Shown piece after piece: positions 1 through 9,354 of a DNA stretch of 64,000 nucleotides. The translations under genes and the position numbers were made by a program. The notes beneath the pieces are model-generated. The model saw only the letters and a program-made list of their open reading frames with translations. It had not been told where the DNA came from and ran no database searches. Origin of the DNA: Chloroflexota bacterium (lineage in GTDB: Bacteria; Chloroflexota; UBA11872; VXOZ01); contig OZ244803.1 of assembly GCA_965220045.1 (NCBI GenBank), forward strand, positions 2,711,901 to 2,775,900, in the 5' to 3' direction. Positions within the stretch are counted from its first letter, which is position 1, and each line of letters begins with the position of its first letter.

Positions 1-157
1 GCGGAAGAGCGTGCACATGGCCGCATGTGAGCGGGTGACGTGAGAGGCGCATCACCCGCCACGTGGGAGCAATAACCATCTCTTGCACACACATCCCGTA
101 GTCGGGGCTCACCATCCGTCATCAGAATGTACCATCCGTCGTCTGGGCGCATTATCC

Positions 158-187
158 GTCATTCCCGCGAAAGCGGGAATCCATCTT
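158..187 (+). repeat. Family-A hairpin repeat (gtcattcccgcGAAAgcgggaatccatctt); left terminal inverted repeat of the GIY-YIG unit
   Basis: Perfect 8 bp stem attcccgc/gcgggaat with GAAA loop, read directly. It overlaps the stop codon of the GIY-YIG gene by 2 nt. The same 30-mer recurs about 20 times in the window. Confidence 0.9.
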
Positions 188-473
188 AAATGACTTCGTC
201 GTACACGTCCGCCCACTGTGGATTAGTCTTCTCGATCAACTCAATCTTCCACGCCCGGTTCCACTTCTTCAGCGCCTTCTCCCTCCTGATGGCGCTCTCC
301 ATAGTCTCATGTGCCTCGTACCAAACTAGCCTGTGGACACCGTATTCCTTTGTAAATCCCTCCACAAGGCCATTCTTGTGTTGCCAGACCCTCTGAGCGA
401 GGTTCGAGGTCACGCCGATGTAGAGGGTGCCTTTGGGGTTATTTGCAAGTATGTAGACACATGGTGTTTTCAT
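186..473 (-). CDS. GIY-YIG nuclease family protein (small UPF0213/YhbQ-like). The ORF track extends it to 521, but the likely start is the Met at 471-473 (MKTPCVYIL...)
   Basis: Motifs CVYIL...GTLYIGVTSNLAQRVWQHKNG...REKALKKW are the canonical GIY-YIG signature (GIY = VYI, YIG = YIG, conserved R and E). The frameshifted paralog at 1873-2159 is homologous only from this Met onward. Confidence 0.85.
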   Translation of the reverse strand: MKTPCVYILANNPKGTLYIGVTSNLAQRVWQHKNGLVEGFTKEYGVHRLVWYEAHETMESAIRREKALKKWNRAWKIELIEKTNPQWADVYDEVI

Positions 474-599
474 TACGGTGGTCTCTTCAAGTGTGCTTCC
501 GCTAGTTCTTAACGTTGACATGTGACAATGGGGTTGCCAGTACTTCGCTTATCGGCGAATCACTCCTTTTTGTTGAGGGCCAGCGCCCCACCCAGAGAC

Positions 600-629
600 A
601 AGATGGATTCCCGCTTTCGCGGGAATGAC
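600..629 (-). repeat. Family-A hairpin, inverted orientation; right terminal inverted repeat of the GIY-YIG unit
   Basis: aagatggattcccgctttcgcgggaatgac is the exact reverse complement of the 158-187 repeat. It lies 126 bp beyond the GIY-YIG start codon. Confidence 0.9.
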
Positions 630-865
630 AGACAAGACTAGCACTAGGCAGTATCGCAGGCATGTCCGCCTCATTCCATTTCCTACATGAGCGGCTGGTC
701 CACTTCAACTCTTCCTGGTATGCAAATCGTTCCGTCGACAGTTGCGCCATGCCGTTCATCCAAAGACAACCTTCGGGTGAACGGCCTAATAGCCTATTGC
801 TCGCTTGCCGGAACAGTGGCATTGCCTAGGCGTGACCCTACTGTACGCGGCGACAACTCTTATCC

Positions 866-895
866 GTCATTCCCGCGAAAGCGGGAATCCATCTT
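866..895 (+). repeat. Family-A hairpin (solo left end of a truncated GIY-YIG unit)
   Basis: Identical 30-mer preceded by the conserved flank tcttatccgtcattccc. Confidence 0.9.
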
Positions 896-985
896 AAATG
901 ACTTCGTCGTACACGTCCGCCCATTGTGGATTGGCCTTCTCGATCAACTCAATCTTCCACGACCGATTCCACTTTCCTTGTGCCT
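894..985 (-). pseudogene. 3' fragment of a GIY-YIG nuclease gene (about 30 C-terminal codons)
   Basis: About 90 bp near-identical to the 3' end of the gene at 186-473 (encodes ...HDRFHF...INSIFH...). Homology stops abruptly near 985. Confidence 0.7.
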
Positions 986-1226
986 CTACACCAACATTGG
1001 AACGTCCTGTTGGTCGGTTTAGCCGCCGACGGGTGATCTCTGTCGACCGGAGTACGTTCTCTATGGCCCTCCTCCGGGCCGATAGTGCGGCAATCCCATC
1101 TCTGGACTACTACGAAGGCTCCGCGAAGATGGCGGTCTCACCCCGCAAGCCATCCCGCGTTACAATTAAAACCAGGAATATAGCTTTCCTTGAGTCCATG
1201 ATGAGCCCAACGCGAGAGGAGGCACA

Positions 1227-1616
1227 GTGTCCAATAACGATTCAATTCCCGATGGCTACACGGCCGTTACCCCGTATCTTCTTGTCGAAGGCGCTGCCGG
1301 CTATCTTGACTTCTTGGCAGGTGCCTTTGGCGCCGTTGAGCGTCTGCGCGTCCCCATGCCCCAAGGCGGTATCGGTCATGCCGAGGTCGCGATCGATGGC
1401 GCTGTGCTGATGGTGGCCGATGCTTTCCCGCCGGACTTTCCTGCCACCACATCGCTGCTACACCTTTACGTTGGGGATGTGGACAGCATCCATGCCCAAG
1501 CGGTTGAAGCGGGCGCGACGTCACTGGCCGAACCTTCCGACGAGGAATATGGCGACCGCATGGCCCGCGTCCTCGACCCCTGCGGCAACCAGTGGATAAT
1601 CGCCACGGCGGGCTGA
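1227..1616 (+). CDS. VOC (glyoxalase/bleomycin resistance/PhnB-like) family protein
   Basis: TPYLLVEGAAGYLDFLAGAFGAVE...GGIGHAEVAIDGAVLMVAD... matches the PhnB-like VOC fold pattern. RBS-like GAGGAGG upstream. Confidence 0.75.
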   Translation: MSNNDSIPDGYTAVTPYLLVEGAAGYLDFLAGAFGAVERLRVPMPQGGIGHAEVAIDGAVLMVADAFPPDFPATTSLLHLYVGDVDSIHAQAVEAGATSLAEPSDEEYGDRMARVLDPCGNQWIIATAG

Positions 1617-1825
1617 GAGCAAGGGCCTTGACCGTCTGACCTCATCGAGTTTGGGCCGTGGTGCGGAACCTGCCCAAGAGCGCTTGCAGACCGTAGCTGC
1701 TTTCCTGCCATGCTTTGTGCCCTTCGCTCTCGCATTGAGGCGCGCCGGCTATCCCAGAAATCTACACCAATTCTCTCCCGAGAGAGTTGAGAATTCTATG
1801 CCGCGCCTCGCGCCGCCTCTTATCC

Positions 1826-1874
1826 GTCATTCCCGCGAAAGCTCGCCCCCGCTTGGGGGCGCGGAATCCATCTT
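1826..1874 (+). repeat. Family-A hairpin variant carrying a nested GC-rich palindrome (ctcgcccccgcttgggggcgcg) inserted in the loop
   Basis: gtcattcccgcgaaag-[ctcgcccccgcttgggggcg]-cggaatccatctt. The same kind of insert occurs at 39020-39068 and 41118-41166. Confidence 0.85.
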
Positions 1875-2159
1875 AGATGAATTCGTCGTACAAGTCCGCC
1901 CATTTTGGATTAGCCTTCTCGATCAACTCAATCTTCCACGCCCGGTTCCACTACTTGAATGCCTTCTCCCTGCAAGTAGCGCTTTACATAGTCTCATGCA
2001 ATTCATACCAGACTAACCTGTGAACACCGTACTGCTTCGTAAACCCCTCAACCTATCATTCTTATGCTGCCACACCCGCTGGACGAGGTTGGATATTACA
2101 CCGATGTAAAGGGTGCCATTGGGGTTATTCGCAAGTTTGTAGACGCAGGGCGATTTCAT
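1873..2159 (-). pseudogene. Frameshifted GIY-YIG nuclease paralog
   Basis: Reverse strand translates MKSPCVYKLANNPNGTLYIGVISNLVQRVWQHKND, then loses frame. The 3' end (...EFI*) and the downstream hairpin are conserved with the 186-473 copy. Confidence 0.75.
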
Positions 2160-2285
2160 GCGAGGGTAAAATTCTTACCAAACTGACAAAGAAAGACCCA
2201 TTTGCAGCATAGGCACCACGTTTTGAAGTCAAGTATTGTCTTAGCTTGCCAAGGAGTCACATTGGTCTTTACAGCAACCCAAGAG

Positions 2286-2315
2286 AAGATGGATTCCCGC
2301 TTTCGCGGGAATGAC
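2286..2315 (-). repeat. Family-A hairpin, inverted orientation (right terminal inverted repeat of the degenerate unit)
   Basis: aagatggattcccgctttcgcgggaatgac. It is again exactly 126 bp from the pseudogene start codon, as in the intact unit. Confidence 0.9.
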
Positions 2316-2550
2316 GGACATAAGAAGCTATCTGTAAAGCAGGGCAAGAATCCGCCCTGCCATTCGTAGCGCTAGGGCTCATCCACCGCTCTTTAGCTTG
2401 ATCAACCAAATAGCGCGCCCTTAAGAATCACCATGCCGCTCACCCAGAACTATATTCCGGGTGAACGGCACAGTACCAAGCTCTTATCAATGTTGGCGGC
2501 GGTCTAGCCTAACGTTCGTACGCTACTACCGCACCACACATTCAATCTTT

Positions 2551-3942
2551 CTAGAGTTGGTCCGCCCACTTATTGAGGACCTCTTGCACACGCTCGGCGT
2601 GCTCCTTGTTGGCCTCTTCGGGCGTGATCTCCTTGGCGTAGGCCCTGAACCAAATATCGATGTTGATGCCGATGATCTCATCGTTACCGGGGATAACCGG
2701 CACCCACTTGGCGAGCTCCAATTCTGCCAGGTACGCCTCAGCCTCAGGCACCTGCTCCAGGTAACCGCCGAATGAAGCTGATTGCAGCGCGGGAATGTAG
2801 TCACCGGCGCCAATTGACCAGCGCAGGTTGACGTCCCCACCCAGGAAGAACTCGATGAGGGAGAAGCCGCCATCGGCATTAGCAGCGCCCTGGGGCTGTG
2901 CCAGTGCCCAGCCACCCTGGTAGTTGGTTGCTATGCCATCCGGCGGCAGCGGCATGGGCGCCGACTTGAAGTTGATTGCCGATTCCCACGCCTTGCGATA
3001 CGTGGCGGCATACCAGTGACCGCCGATCATCTGCGAGACGCCACCGGTGGTGAAGGCATCGTTGCGGTCGGGCCGCTGCTGGCCCAGGAATTCATCGATC
3101 CGCACGTTGCCGCCGCACAGGTCGACCATGTTGATCATGAACTTGAGCGCGGTTACGCCCATGTCATTGTCAAAGTTGACCGTCTTGTTGTCGGGCGAGA
3201 GATATTCGCCGCCCTGCTGCCAGAAGTGGATGTACCACTGCAAGCCGACCGGCGGATTGCCTGGAGGGCCGGTGGAGTAGCCGAGCCGCTCGATCACGCC
3301 GTCTTGTCCCGCTTTGTGGAGCTTCAGCGTCGCCGATTCCAGCTCGTCCCAAGTGGCGGGCGGACTTTCCGGATCGATGCCCGCTTCTATGAAGTGGTCT
3401 ACGTTAAACATGTACGTGCGGGCGTCAGTATGCAGTCCAACACCGTAGATGTTGCCCTTCCACGTGCAGTCATCCCGCAGCTTGGGCCAGATGTCGTCCC
3501 AGCTAAACGCCGCCGTCGCCTTGATGTGTTCGTTCAGGTTCAAGAGGAACCCCGGTGCGGAAAGCTGGCCCGCCAAATAGCGGTCCATGTAGAAGACGTC
3601 CGGCGGAGCGCCGGCCGCTGCCGCGGTAATGAGCTTCTCTTTGCTGCCGCTGCCGATATGCGTCGGCGTGAGCGCCAGGTCGACGTCGGGATTCGCTTCC
3701 TGGAACTCGAGCAGAAGATCGTTGCCAATGTGGCCTTCCAACAAGAAGTCCTGGTACGTCCAGAACTTGACTTCGGAGGGGCCCATCATCTCTTCGGACT
3801 TCGCTTCGCCCATGTCATCATCGGCCGGAGCATCGTCCGCCGGGGCCATGGCGCCTCCCGTGGCGCAGGCGGCAAACAGGGCCGCGCCGCTAAACGCGCC
3901 CGCCGTGCCGATAAGCATTCTGCGTGTCAATCTTGCTTCCAT
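2551..3942 (-). CDS. ABC transporter substrate-binding lipoprotein, family 1 (carbohydrate)
   Basis: Lipobox ...LFAACATGG, then an Ala/Pro/Asp-rich linker, then a body typical of extracellular solute-binding protein family 1. About 60% identical to the SBP at 9817-11196. Confidence 0.85.
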   Translation of the reverse strand: MEARLTRRMLIGTAGAFSGAALFAACATGGAMAPADDAPADDDMGEAKSEEMMGPSEVKFWTYQDFLLEGHIGNDLLLEFQEANPDVDLALTPTHIGSGSKEKLITAAAAGAPPDVFYMDRYLAGQLSAPGFLLNLNEHIKATAAFSWDDIWPKLRDDCTWKGNIYGVGLHTDARTYMFNVDHFIEAGIDPESPPATWDELESATLKLHKAGQDGVIERLGYSTGPPGNPPVGLQWYIHFWQQGGEYLSPDNKTVNFDNDMGVTALKFMINMVDLCGGNVRIDEFLGQQRPDRNDAFTTGGVSQMIGGHWYAATYRKAWESAINFKSAPMPLPPDGIATNYQGGWALAQPQGAANADGGFSLIEFFLGGDVNLRWSIGAGDYIPALQSASFGGYLEQVPEAEAYLAELELAKWVPVIPGNDEIIGINIDIWFRAYAKEITPEEANKEHAERVQEVLNKWADQL

Positions 3943-4217
3943 CGGTCTCCTCCTTCGTACGGAACCGCACTAAGAATCCACGCATTGATATGCCAAACAG
4001 TTTACCACACACCCTCTGGTGCCATACCTGCGTTGGCGCAGGTAGTATAGCATGGGCTTTCGCCAATTGCCAAGACATCTTAGTGCGCACCACTCACAGC
4101 AAATGAAGAACCCAAATGTCACCCCGAACGGAGTGAGAGGTCTAGGATGCCCGTTAACAGAGAATGCGCTATCACGGCCCACGCGCCACAACCGCAGGGG
4201 CAAGCGTTCATACACCC

Positions 4218-4245
4218 GTAGGGGCACGATATATCGTGCCCCTAC
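4218..4245. repeat. Family-B 28 bp perfect palindrome gtaggggcacgatatatcgtgcccctac
   Basis: Perfect inverted repeat read directly. 4 copies in the window (4218, 9172, 18026, 39677), all intergenic. Confidence 0.9.
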
Positions 4246-4254
4246 GGGTGCGCA

Positions 4255-5769
4255 CTACAGCGGATCGGCAAACGTGCGCGTGTCCTTGTCCGGGCCGTCG
4301 TAGTCGTCCAGCCAGTTCATTTCGCCGGTCAGCGGCCAGTGGTAGGGCTCCGGCGGGCGCACGTGACGGGTCCACCGCACCATGAGCTCTAAATCGGCGG
4401 CCTTTTGCCGCAGGCGGTGGGCGATGCGATCGGGGTTCCAGTCCTTGTGCACCTCCGGCAGCAGTTGCTCCTGAATGTGCCGGTACTGCGGATCGGCGGC
4501 CAGGTCGGTGGTCTCCATGGGGTCATCGGCCAAATTGAAGAGTTGGGTCGGCTCACCCAGGTAGTAATTCAACTTCCAAGGGCCGCGCCGCACCATGCGC
4601 TGAAAACGGCCGTGGGGTGCGTATTCGGCCAGCGCCAGGTCTTTCCAGTGCGCATCTTCACCGCGCAGCGCCGGCAGCAGCGACTCGCCCCGCCCCTGCG
4701 GCAGCGGCTCCGCGCCCATTGCGTCCACCATGGTGGCGACCACGTCCACCGTGCTCGCCGCCTGCGCAAAGCGCGTGCCCGCCGGCAGCTTGCCGGGCCA
4801 GGAAAGTATGGCCGGTATGCGGATAGACCCCTCATAGAATGTCTGCTTGAACCAAAGGCCGTGCTCGCCCACTTGGTCGCCGTGGTCCGAGGTATAGATG
4901 ACCAAGGTTTTGTCGGCCAAACCGTTGGCCTCCAGGGCAGCGAGAATCTGCCCGATCATGGCGTCCATGCGGTCCACCAGCGCCCAGTAGGCCGTGCGGG
5001 AGCGCATGATTTCGTCCTCGGTTGCCTTGTCCAGACCGCACTGCTCCCGCCACCAGCCGATGTAGGGATGCGGGTCGCTGGGCGGTTCCGGGTGGGTGGG
5101 CGGCGGCACCTTGCCCCAGTAGCGGTCGTAGTCCGGTTTGCGCGCCACGTACGGCTGGTGCGGCAGCAAATAGCCCACCGTCAGGCAGAAGGGCTCTTTG
5201 AGCACGCCTGCCCGCCGCTGCCAGCCGAAGCGGTTGAGCGCGTCCACCGTTGCGGCGGTGGTATCCTCGTCAATCACCTCGTAGCCGCTCTGGCCGGCGC
5301 CGGAACGTTCCAGGGCCACGTGGTAAGGGCCAGCCGTGCCGCTGCCCAGCATGCCCAGGTCTATGCCGGTGCCGCCGGGATAATTGGGGGTGGCGTCGCC
5401 GCCAAGGCGTTCGGCAAAGCCGTGGTGTTGGTCCGCGCCCACGAAGTGCATGCGTCCAATGAGCTTCGGACGATAGCCGGCGGCGCCCAGGGCGTGGGCA
5501 AACGTGGGAATGCCGTGATCGAGGATGTGGCGGTTGTCCCAGGTCTCGATGTCGGTGGGGTACTGCCCCGTCATGTACGACATGCGTGCGGGCACGCAAA
5601 GCGGCGCGGTGCAGTAGAGGTTGTCCAGCACCACACCGCCTTCAGCAAGACGGTCCAGGTGCGGCGTCTGCACCACCGGATCGCCGTAGCAGCCGGTGAC
5701 CATGGGATTGTGTTGATCGGAAATGATGAAGAGCAGATTTGGACGTTGGGCGGTGGAATCTTTAGACAT
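4255..5769 (-). CDS. Sulfatase (arylsulfatase family). Start is probably the Met at 5767-5769 (MSKDSTAQRPNLLFIISDQHNP...)
   Basis: LLFIISDQHNP...GCYGD...TPHLDRLAEGGVVLDNLYCTAPLCVPARMSYMTGQYP contains the C-x-P-x-R-x4-TG formylglycine motif (C-V-P-A-R). The longer ORF to 5928 lacks sulfatase homology. Confidence 0.85.
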   Translation of the reverse strand: MSKDSTAQRPNLLFIISDQHNPMVTGCYGDPVVQTPHLDRLAEGGVVLDNLYCTAPLCVPARMSYMTGQYPTDIETWDNRHILDHGIPTFAHALGAAGYRPKLIGRMHFVGADQHHGFAERLGGDATPNYPGGTGIDLGMLGSGTAGPYHVALERSGAGQSGYEVIDEDTTAATVDALNRFGWQRRAGVLKEPFCLTVGYLLPHQPYVARKPDYDRYWGKVPPPTHPEPPSDPHPYIGWWREQCGLDKATEDEIMRSRTAYWALVDRMDAMIGQILAALEANGLADKTLVIYTSDHGDQVGEHGLWFKQTFYEGSIRIPAILSWPGKLPAGTRFAQAASTVDVVATMVDAMGAEPLPQGRGESLLPALRGEDAHWKDLALAEYAPHGRFQRMVRRGPWKLNYYLGEPTQLFNLADDPMETTDLAADPQYRHIQEQLLPEVHKDWNPDRIAHRLRQKAADLELMVRWTRHVRPPEPYHWPLTGEMNWLDDYDGPDKDTRTFADPL

Positions 5770-6057
5770 ACGCAAACTCCTTGACAAAACCGAAGTGAAT
5801 TGAGCGCGTGCGGCAAGACGCGCCAAAGTTGCCGCACGTCGCGTCCGCCGGAGCCGTTCTCTTGAGGTCGATTGTAGCATCGGCTCGAGCCGCGAGCCGC
5901 GCAAGCGCGGCGGACAGGCGAAGATCATTCGATAAACCGTTCGCCCATCCGCCGCGCTCTCGCCGACTTGCGGGTTTATGTGGACTCTTTGCCAAGGCGC
6001 CTGCGCGTCACGCTACGCGCAGTTTGTGATCGCCGCACACTTCCGGCACATGCGTTC

Positions 6058-7422
6058 CTAGCCGCCCAGGTTGCTGAGGAACGTATCCATGATGGTCTGA
6101 AGCTCTACCTCGGTATCCCGCAGCGTCTCCTCGATGGTCTTCTCGCCGCCAAGCGCGGTCGGCACCACCCTGAGCGTAGCCCCAAGCATCTGGGGCGCGC
6201 CGGGTGCGGGGATGACGAAACGCCGGTTCTCCATCATCTCCACCGCAATCTGCAAGAAAGGATCGTTCTGGTGGTACGCCTCTTGGCGGGAAACGTCCGG
6301 CCGGATCGGCAAGGTGTTGAATGTGTGTGACCAACGGACGTTCACGTCGCCGCTGCCGAAGTGCTCCAGGAACTTCCAGGCGTTCTCCGGCTGCTCGCTC
6401 TGGGTGGTCAGGATCCAGGTGTGGCACCCGCCGTAGGTCATGTGGCGGCCGTCCGGCGGCTTGGGCCAATGGGCCACGTGATATTGCACGTCCGGCACCG
6501 TCCGTTTCATGAGGCCGTGGAGGGTACTCGGCCAGTAGAGATTGGCCACGTGCCCGTCGTAGAAGAGCAAGTGCGGACGGGTATCCTTGCGGAAGTCTTC
6601 AAGCGCCTGCCAGCCGCCCTGCATTTCGTAGATCTTCATGAGCCAGCGCAGACCCTCGATGCCCTCCGGTGTATTGATAGTCACTTTGCTCCCATCATCG
6701 CTGAGCGTCTCGCCGCCCAACTGCCACATGGGCACCATCCAGATGCTGTTGATCTGCCAGAGGGGCGCGAACGCAACCAGCTCGGTCGTATCCCCGCTGA
6801 CGCGCGTGAGCTTGGGGATCACGGCCTCAAGCTCTTCCCAGCTTTCCGGTGGGTTCTCTACGTCCACGCCGTTCTCTAGATAGACGTTGTCATTCATGAA
6901 AACCGGCCGCACGTCCGGACCGAACGGCATGCCCTGGATTTGGCCCTGCCAGGTGAGATCGCGCTGCAGCGACGGCCAGATGTCCTCCTTGCGCACCACG
7001 TCCGACGCGGCCATGAAGGGATCGAGCGGTTGCCCGATTTCCAAGGCGGCGAGGGTCTGGGCCTGCCACGAGCCGGATTGTCCGATGTCCGGGCCGCTGC
7101 CGGCGGCCATGGCGGCCTGTAGCTTGGTGACGCGGTTGCCCTCGGGAATGGTCGGGTCAACCGTAAGCCCGGGGTTCTGCTCCTCGAACTCCGCCACGAC
7201 CTCGCCCCCCAGCCCTTCGCTGAGAGTCCAGAAGGGGACGGTGAAGATCGTGATCGTGTACGGCTCCGGCGCGGGCGCCTCCGTGGGAGCAGGCTCCGCC
7301 GCGGGCTTCTCTTCCATCGTCTCCGTGGGCACCACGGCGGTGCCGCACGCCGCCAGAAGGCCGACCGCTCCGGTCAGCACGGCGCCGCGTAAGACTGCTC
7401 TTCGACTGGTCTTGATGCTCAT
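6058..7422 (-). CDS. ABC transporter substrate-binding lipoprotein, family 1 (divergent paralog)
   Basis: Signal/lipobox MSIKTSRRAVLRGAVLTGAVGLLAACGT, then an Ala/Pro/Glu linker and an SBP-1 body. Confidence 0.8.
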   Translation of the reverse strand: MSIKTSRRAVLRGAVLTGAVGLLAACGTAVVPTETMEEKPAAEPAPTEAPAPEPYTITIFTVPFWTLSEGLGGEVVAEFEEQNPGLTVDPTIPEGNRVTKLQAAMAAGSGPDIGQSGSWQAQTLAALEIGQPLDPFMAASDVVRKEDIWPSLQRDLTWQGQIQGMPFGPDVRPVFMNDNVYLENGVDVENPPESWEELEAVIPKLTRVSGDTTELVAFAPLWQINSIWMVPMWQLGGETLSDDGSKVTINTPEGIEGLRWLMKIYEMQGGWQALEDFRKDTRPHLLFYDGHVANLYWPSTLHGLMKRTVPDVQYHVAHWPKPPDGRHMTYGGCHTWILTTQSEQPENAWKFLEHFGSGDVNVRWSHTFNTLPIRPDVSRQEAYHQNDPFLQIAVEMMENRRFVIPAPGAPQMLGATLRVVPTALGGEKTIEETLRDTEVELQTIMDTFLSNLGG

Positions 7423-7643
7423 GGTCGTCTCCTTAATGCTTGCTCAAAAGTGTCTCCAGCGAGGCGTTAGGAACACGCACTGGTTTGCACCGCTATGGAA
7501 TCCACACACCCTATGCATGGTGTCGCTAAGACGCGAGCGGCTGCTCTTACTCCTTTCTTCTCGTGTTTCCCACGATTCGCCGCACTGTGACCTCAAGACG
7601 CGTACACAGGCCGGTCTCTCCGGCCAAACACCGCGCCTGCGCG

Positions 7644-9071
7644 CTAGTCCTCCGTGATCCGCTGGACGTAGCGGCGCAATTCCAATTCCAAAGCGTCGCC
7701 CACGTCGGCGTGCTCAGCCAGCACGTTTTGCTGGTCGTAGGGATCATCGGGCCGGTGGTAGAGTTCGGGTTCTGTCCGTTCCAGCCCATTGAGGAAATAG
7801 AGGTAGCGCCACTCGTGGTTTTGGATTGACCAGCAGCCCTGGTAGTGGCCCGAATAGGCGTAATCGCGCACGCTCGCCGCCTCCCCGCGCAGCAACGGCA
7901 GCACGCTGACGCCGTGCATCGCTACGTCCTTGCGTCCCACCACCAAATCTTGCGGGAAAGTGCCGGCGGTTTGCGGCGCGATGTACGCCAACGGCAGCGG
8001 CGTGGCAATGTCCAGCGCGTCCAACACCGTCGGCATAAGGTCGGTGTGCTGCACCAGCGCCTCCACGCGCGGCGGCGGCTCCGGCATGGATGCCCGCATT
8101 TCCGCCGGCAGCTTGAGCACCCAGGGCACGCGCACGAGTTCCTCGTAGTTCCACGGACGCGCCTTGCGCACGATGCCGTGCTCGCCGAACGGCTCGCCGT
8201 GGTCGCTCGTCCACATGATCAGGGTATCGTCGTAGATGCCCAGATCACGAATGTGGTCGAGCAGAATGCCCACCCATTTGTCCACGTACGTTACTTTACC
8301 CGCGTAAAGTTCCATCGTGCGTTGGAGTTCCGCCGGCGTGATGTAGCCCTCTACCATTCCCGGCACCGGATCGATGAGCTCCTGGCCGCTGTAGCCGGGG
8401 GTCTTGTACATGGACCAGAAAGGTTCCGGCGGGTCCCACGGCTCGTGGGGGTCGAAGTAGTCCACCCACAGGAAGATCTTGTCGCGCACGCCTTTCTCCT
8501 TCACCGCGCGGTCCAGCCACTGCATGGCGACTTTCGTCACCTGCGGCGTGAAGAAGTCTTCCTCGACCTTGAAATGAGCGCGGTTGCGCAGGTACTGCAC
8601 GTAGTACTCTTCCCAGAGCGCGTCAGTGTCGTCGCCCCGCAGCCGGTGCCAGCGGCTGAGGTCTACCGGCACATCCTCCGTCACCCACGGGTCAGTTGAG
8701 TTGCCGCGCACGAATTCAACCGTGCTAAACCCGCGGCCGCAATTGAAGACCGGCTTGTGCAGGTGGAAGGTATCGGTGATGAGCGCCGAGGTATAGCCTT
8801 TGTCCCAGAGGACTTCCGCTAGCAGGTAGTCGTCCAGCTTAAAGGGCTGCCAGGGACGGAACGGAAAGTGCGTGCGGCCTGTCCAGAAGACCGTCCGCGC
8901 CGGCACCGTGGGCATGCTGTCGGCGTAGGCGTGCAAGAAAGCCGTGCCGTCGGCGGCGAGGCGCTCCAGGTTGGGCGTTGCCACCTTCGTGCCGTGGTAG
9001 TCGTAACAGAGCGGGTCCAGGCTGGTGTGGTCGGCGCGGAGACTATCGGTGCAGATGACGATGATATTCAT
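7644..9071 (-). CDS. Sulfatase-family (alkaline-phosphatase superfamily) protein with Thr at the formylglycine position
   Basis: IIVICTDSLRADH...TPNLERLAADGTAFLHAYADSMPTVPARTVFWTGR. It aligns to the FGly motif of the neighbouring sulfatase but reads T-V-P-A-R instead of C-V-P-A-R. Confidence 0.75.
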   Translation of the reverse strand: MNIIVICTDSLRADHTSLDPLCYDYHGTKVATPNLERLAADGTAFLHAYADSMPTVPARTVFWTGRTHFPFRPWQPFKLDDYLLAEVLWDKGYTSALITDTFHLHKPVFNCGRGFSTVEFVRGNSTDPWVTEDVPVDLSRWHRLRGDDTDALWEEYYVQYLRNRAHFKVEEDFFTPQVTKVAMQWLDRAVKEKGVRDKIFLWVDYFDPHEPWDPPEPFWSMYKTPGYSGQELIDPVPGMVEGYITPAELQRTMELYAGKVTYVDKWVGILLDHIRDLGIYDDTLIMWTSDHGEPFGEHGIVRKARPWNYEELVRVPWVLKLPAEMRASMPEPPPRVEALVQHTDLMPTVLDALDIATPLPLAYIAPQTAGTFPQDLVVGRKDVAMHGVSVLPLLRGEAASVRDYAYSGHYQGCWSIQNHEWRYLYFLNGLERTEPELYHRPDDPYDQQNVLAEHADVGDALELELRRYVQRITED

Positions 9072-9171
9072 GGAAGAGCACTATCCTTTACGTGGACCAA
9101 CTACCGTTCTTCGTCCCAGGGCCGCCCCACGGCAGCCTGCGCGACGTTTGCGTCAGCCTCTGTTTTCGAAG

Positions 9172-9199
9172 GTAGGGGCACGATATATCGTGCCCCTAC
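9172..9199. repeat. Family-B 28 bp palindrome
   Basis: gtaggggcacgatatatcgtgcccctac, identical to the 4218 copy. Confidence 0.9.
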
Positions 9200-9321
9200 G
9201 TCACGTGGGCAAATGTCCCTACGTCATGCAGTCAATTTCCCAATGTCATGGCTTAAAATAAATAGGCCTTGGCCCCGCTAGGAGACCCCCCTTGCAACTG
9301 CGGCTATAGGGGCAAGTCTTA

Positions 9322-9354
9322 CCCCCTCTCCTGGGGGAGAGGGCCGGGGTGAGG
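9322..9354. repeat. Family-E repeat, short form (ccctctcctgggggagagggccggggtgaggg)
   Basis: Corresponds to the two ends of the 80 bp family-E element joined together. Confidence 0.7.

Noticed and set aside
186-521. Longer 111 aa form of the GIY-YIG ORF
   Set aside because: The GIY-YIG domain begins at the Met at 471-473, and the paralogous pseudogene is homologous only from that Met. The upstream 16 codons are probably not translated.
4405-5784. 459 aa ORF on the plus strand
   Set aside because: It is antisense to the sulfatase gene, whose homology is unambiguous. Long antisense ORFs are expected at about 65% GC. The same applies to 3016-4050, 7845-8699, 10258-11262, 16425-17333, 19335-20228, 21208-21942, 22921-24615, 25329-26381, 26429-27229, 28439-29332, 32040-33272, 34290-35048, 36378-37106, 49020-49859, 50421-51698, 52539-53492, 55967-56569 and 59239-60246.
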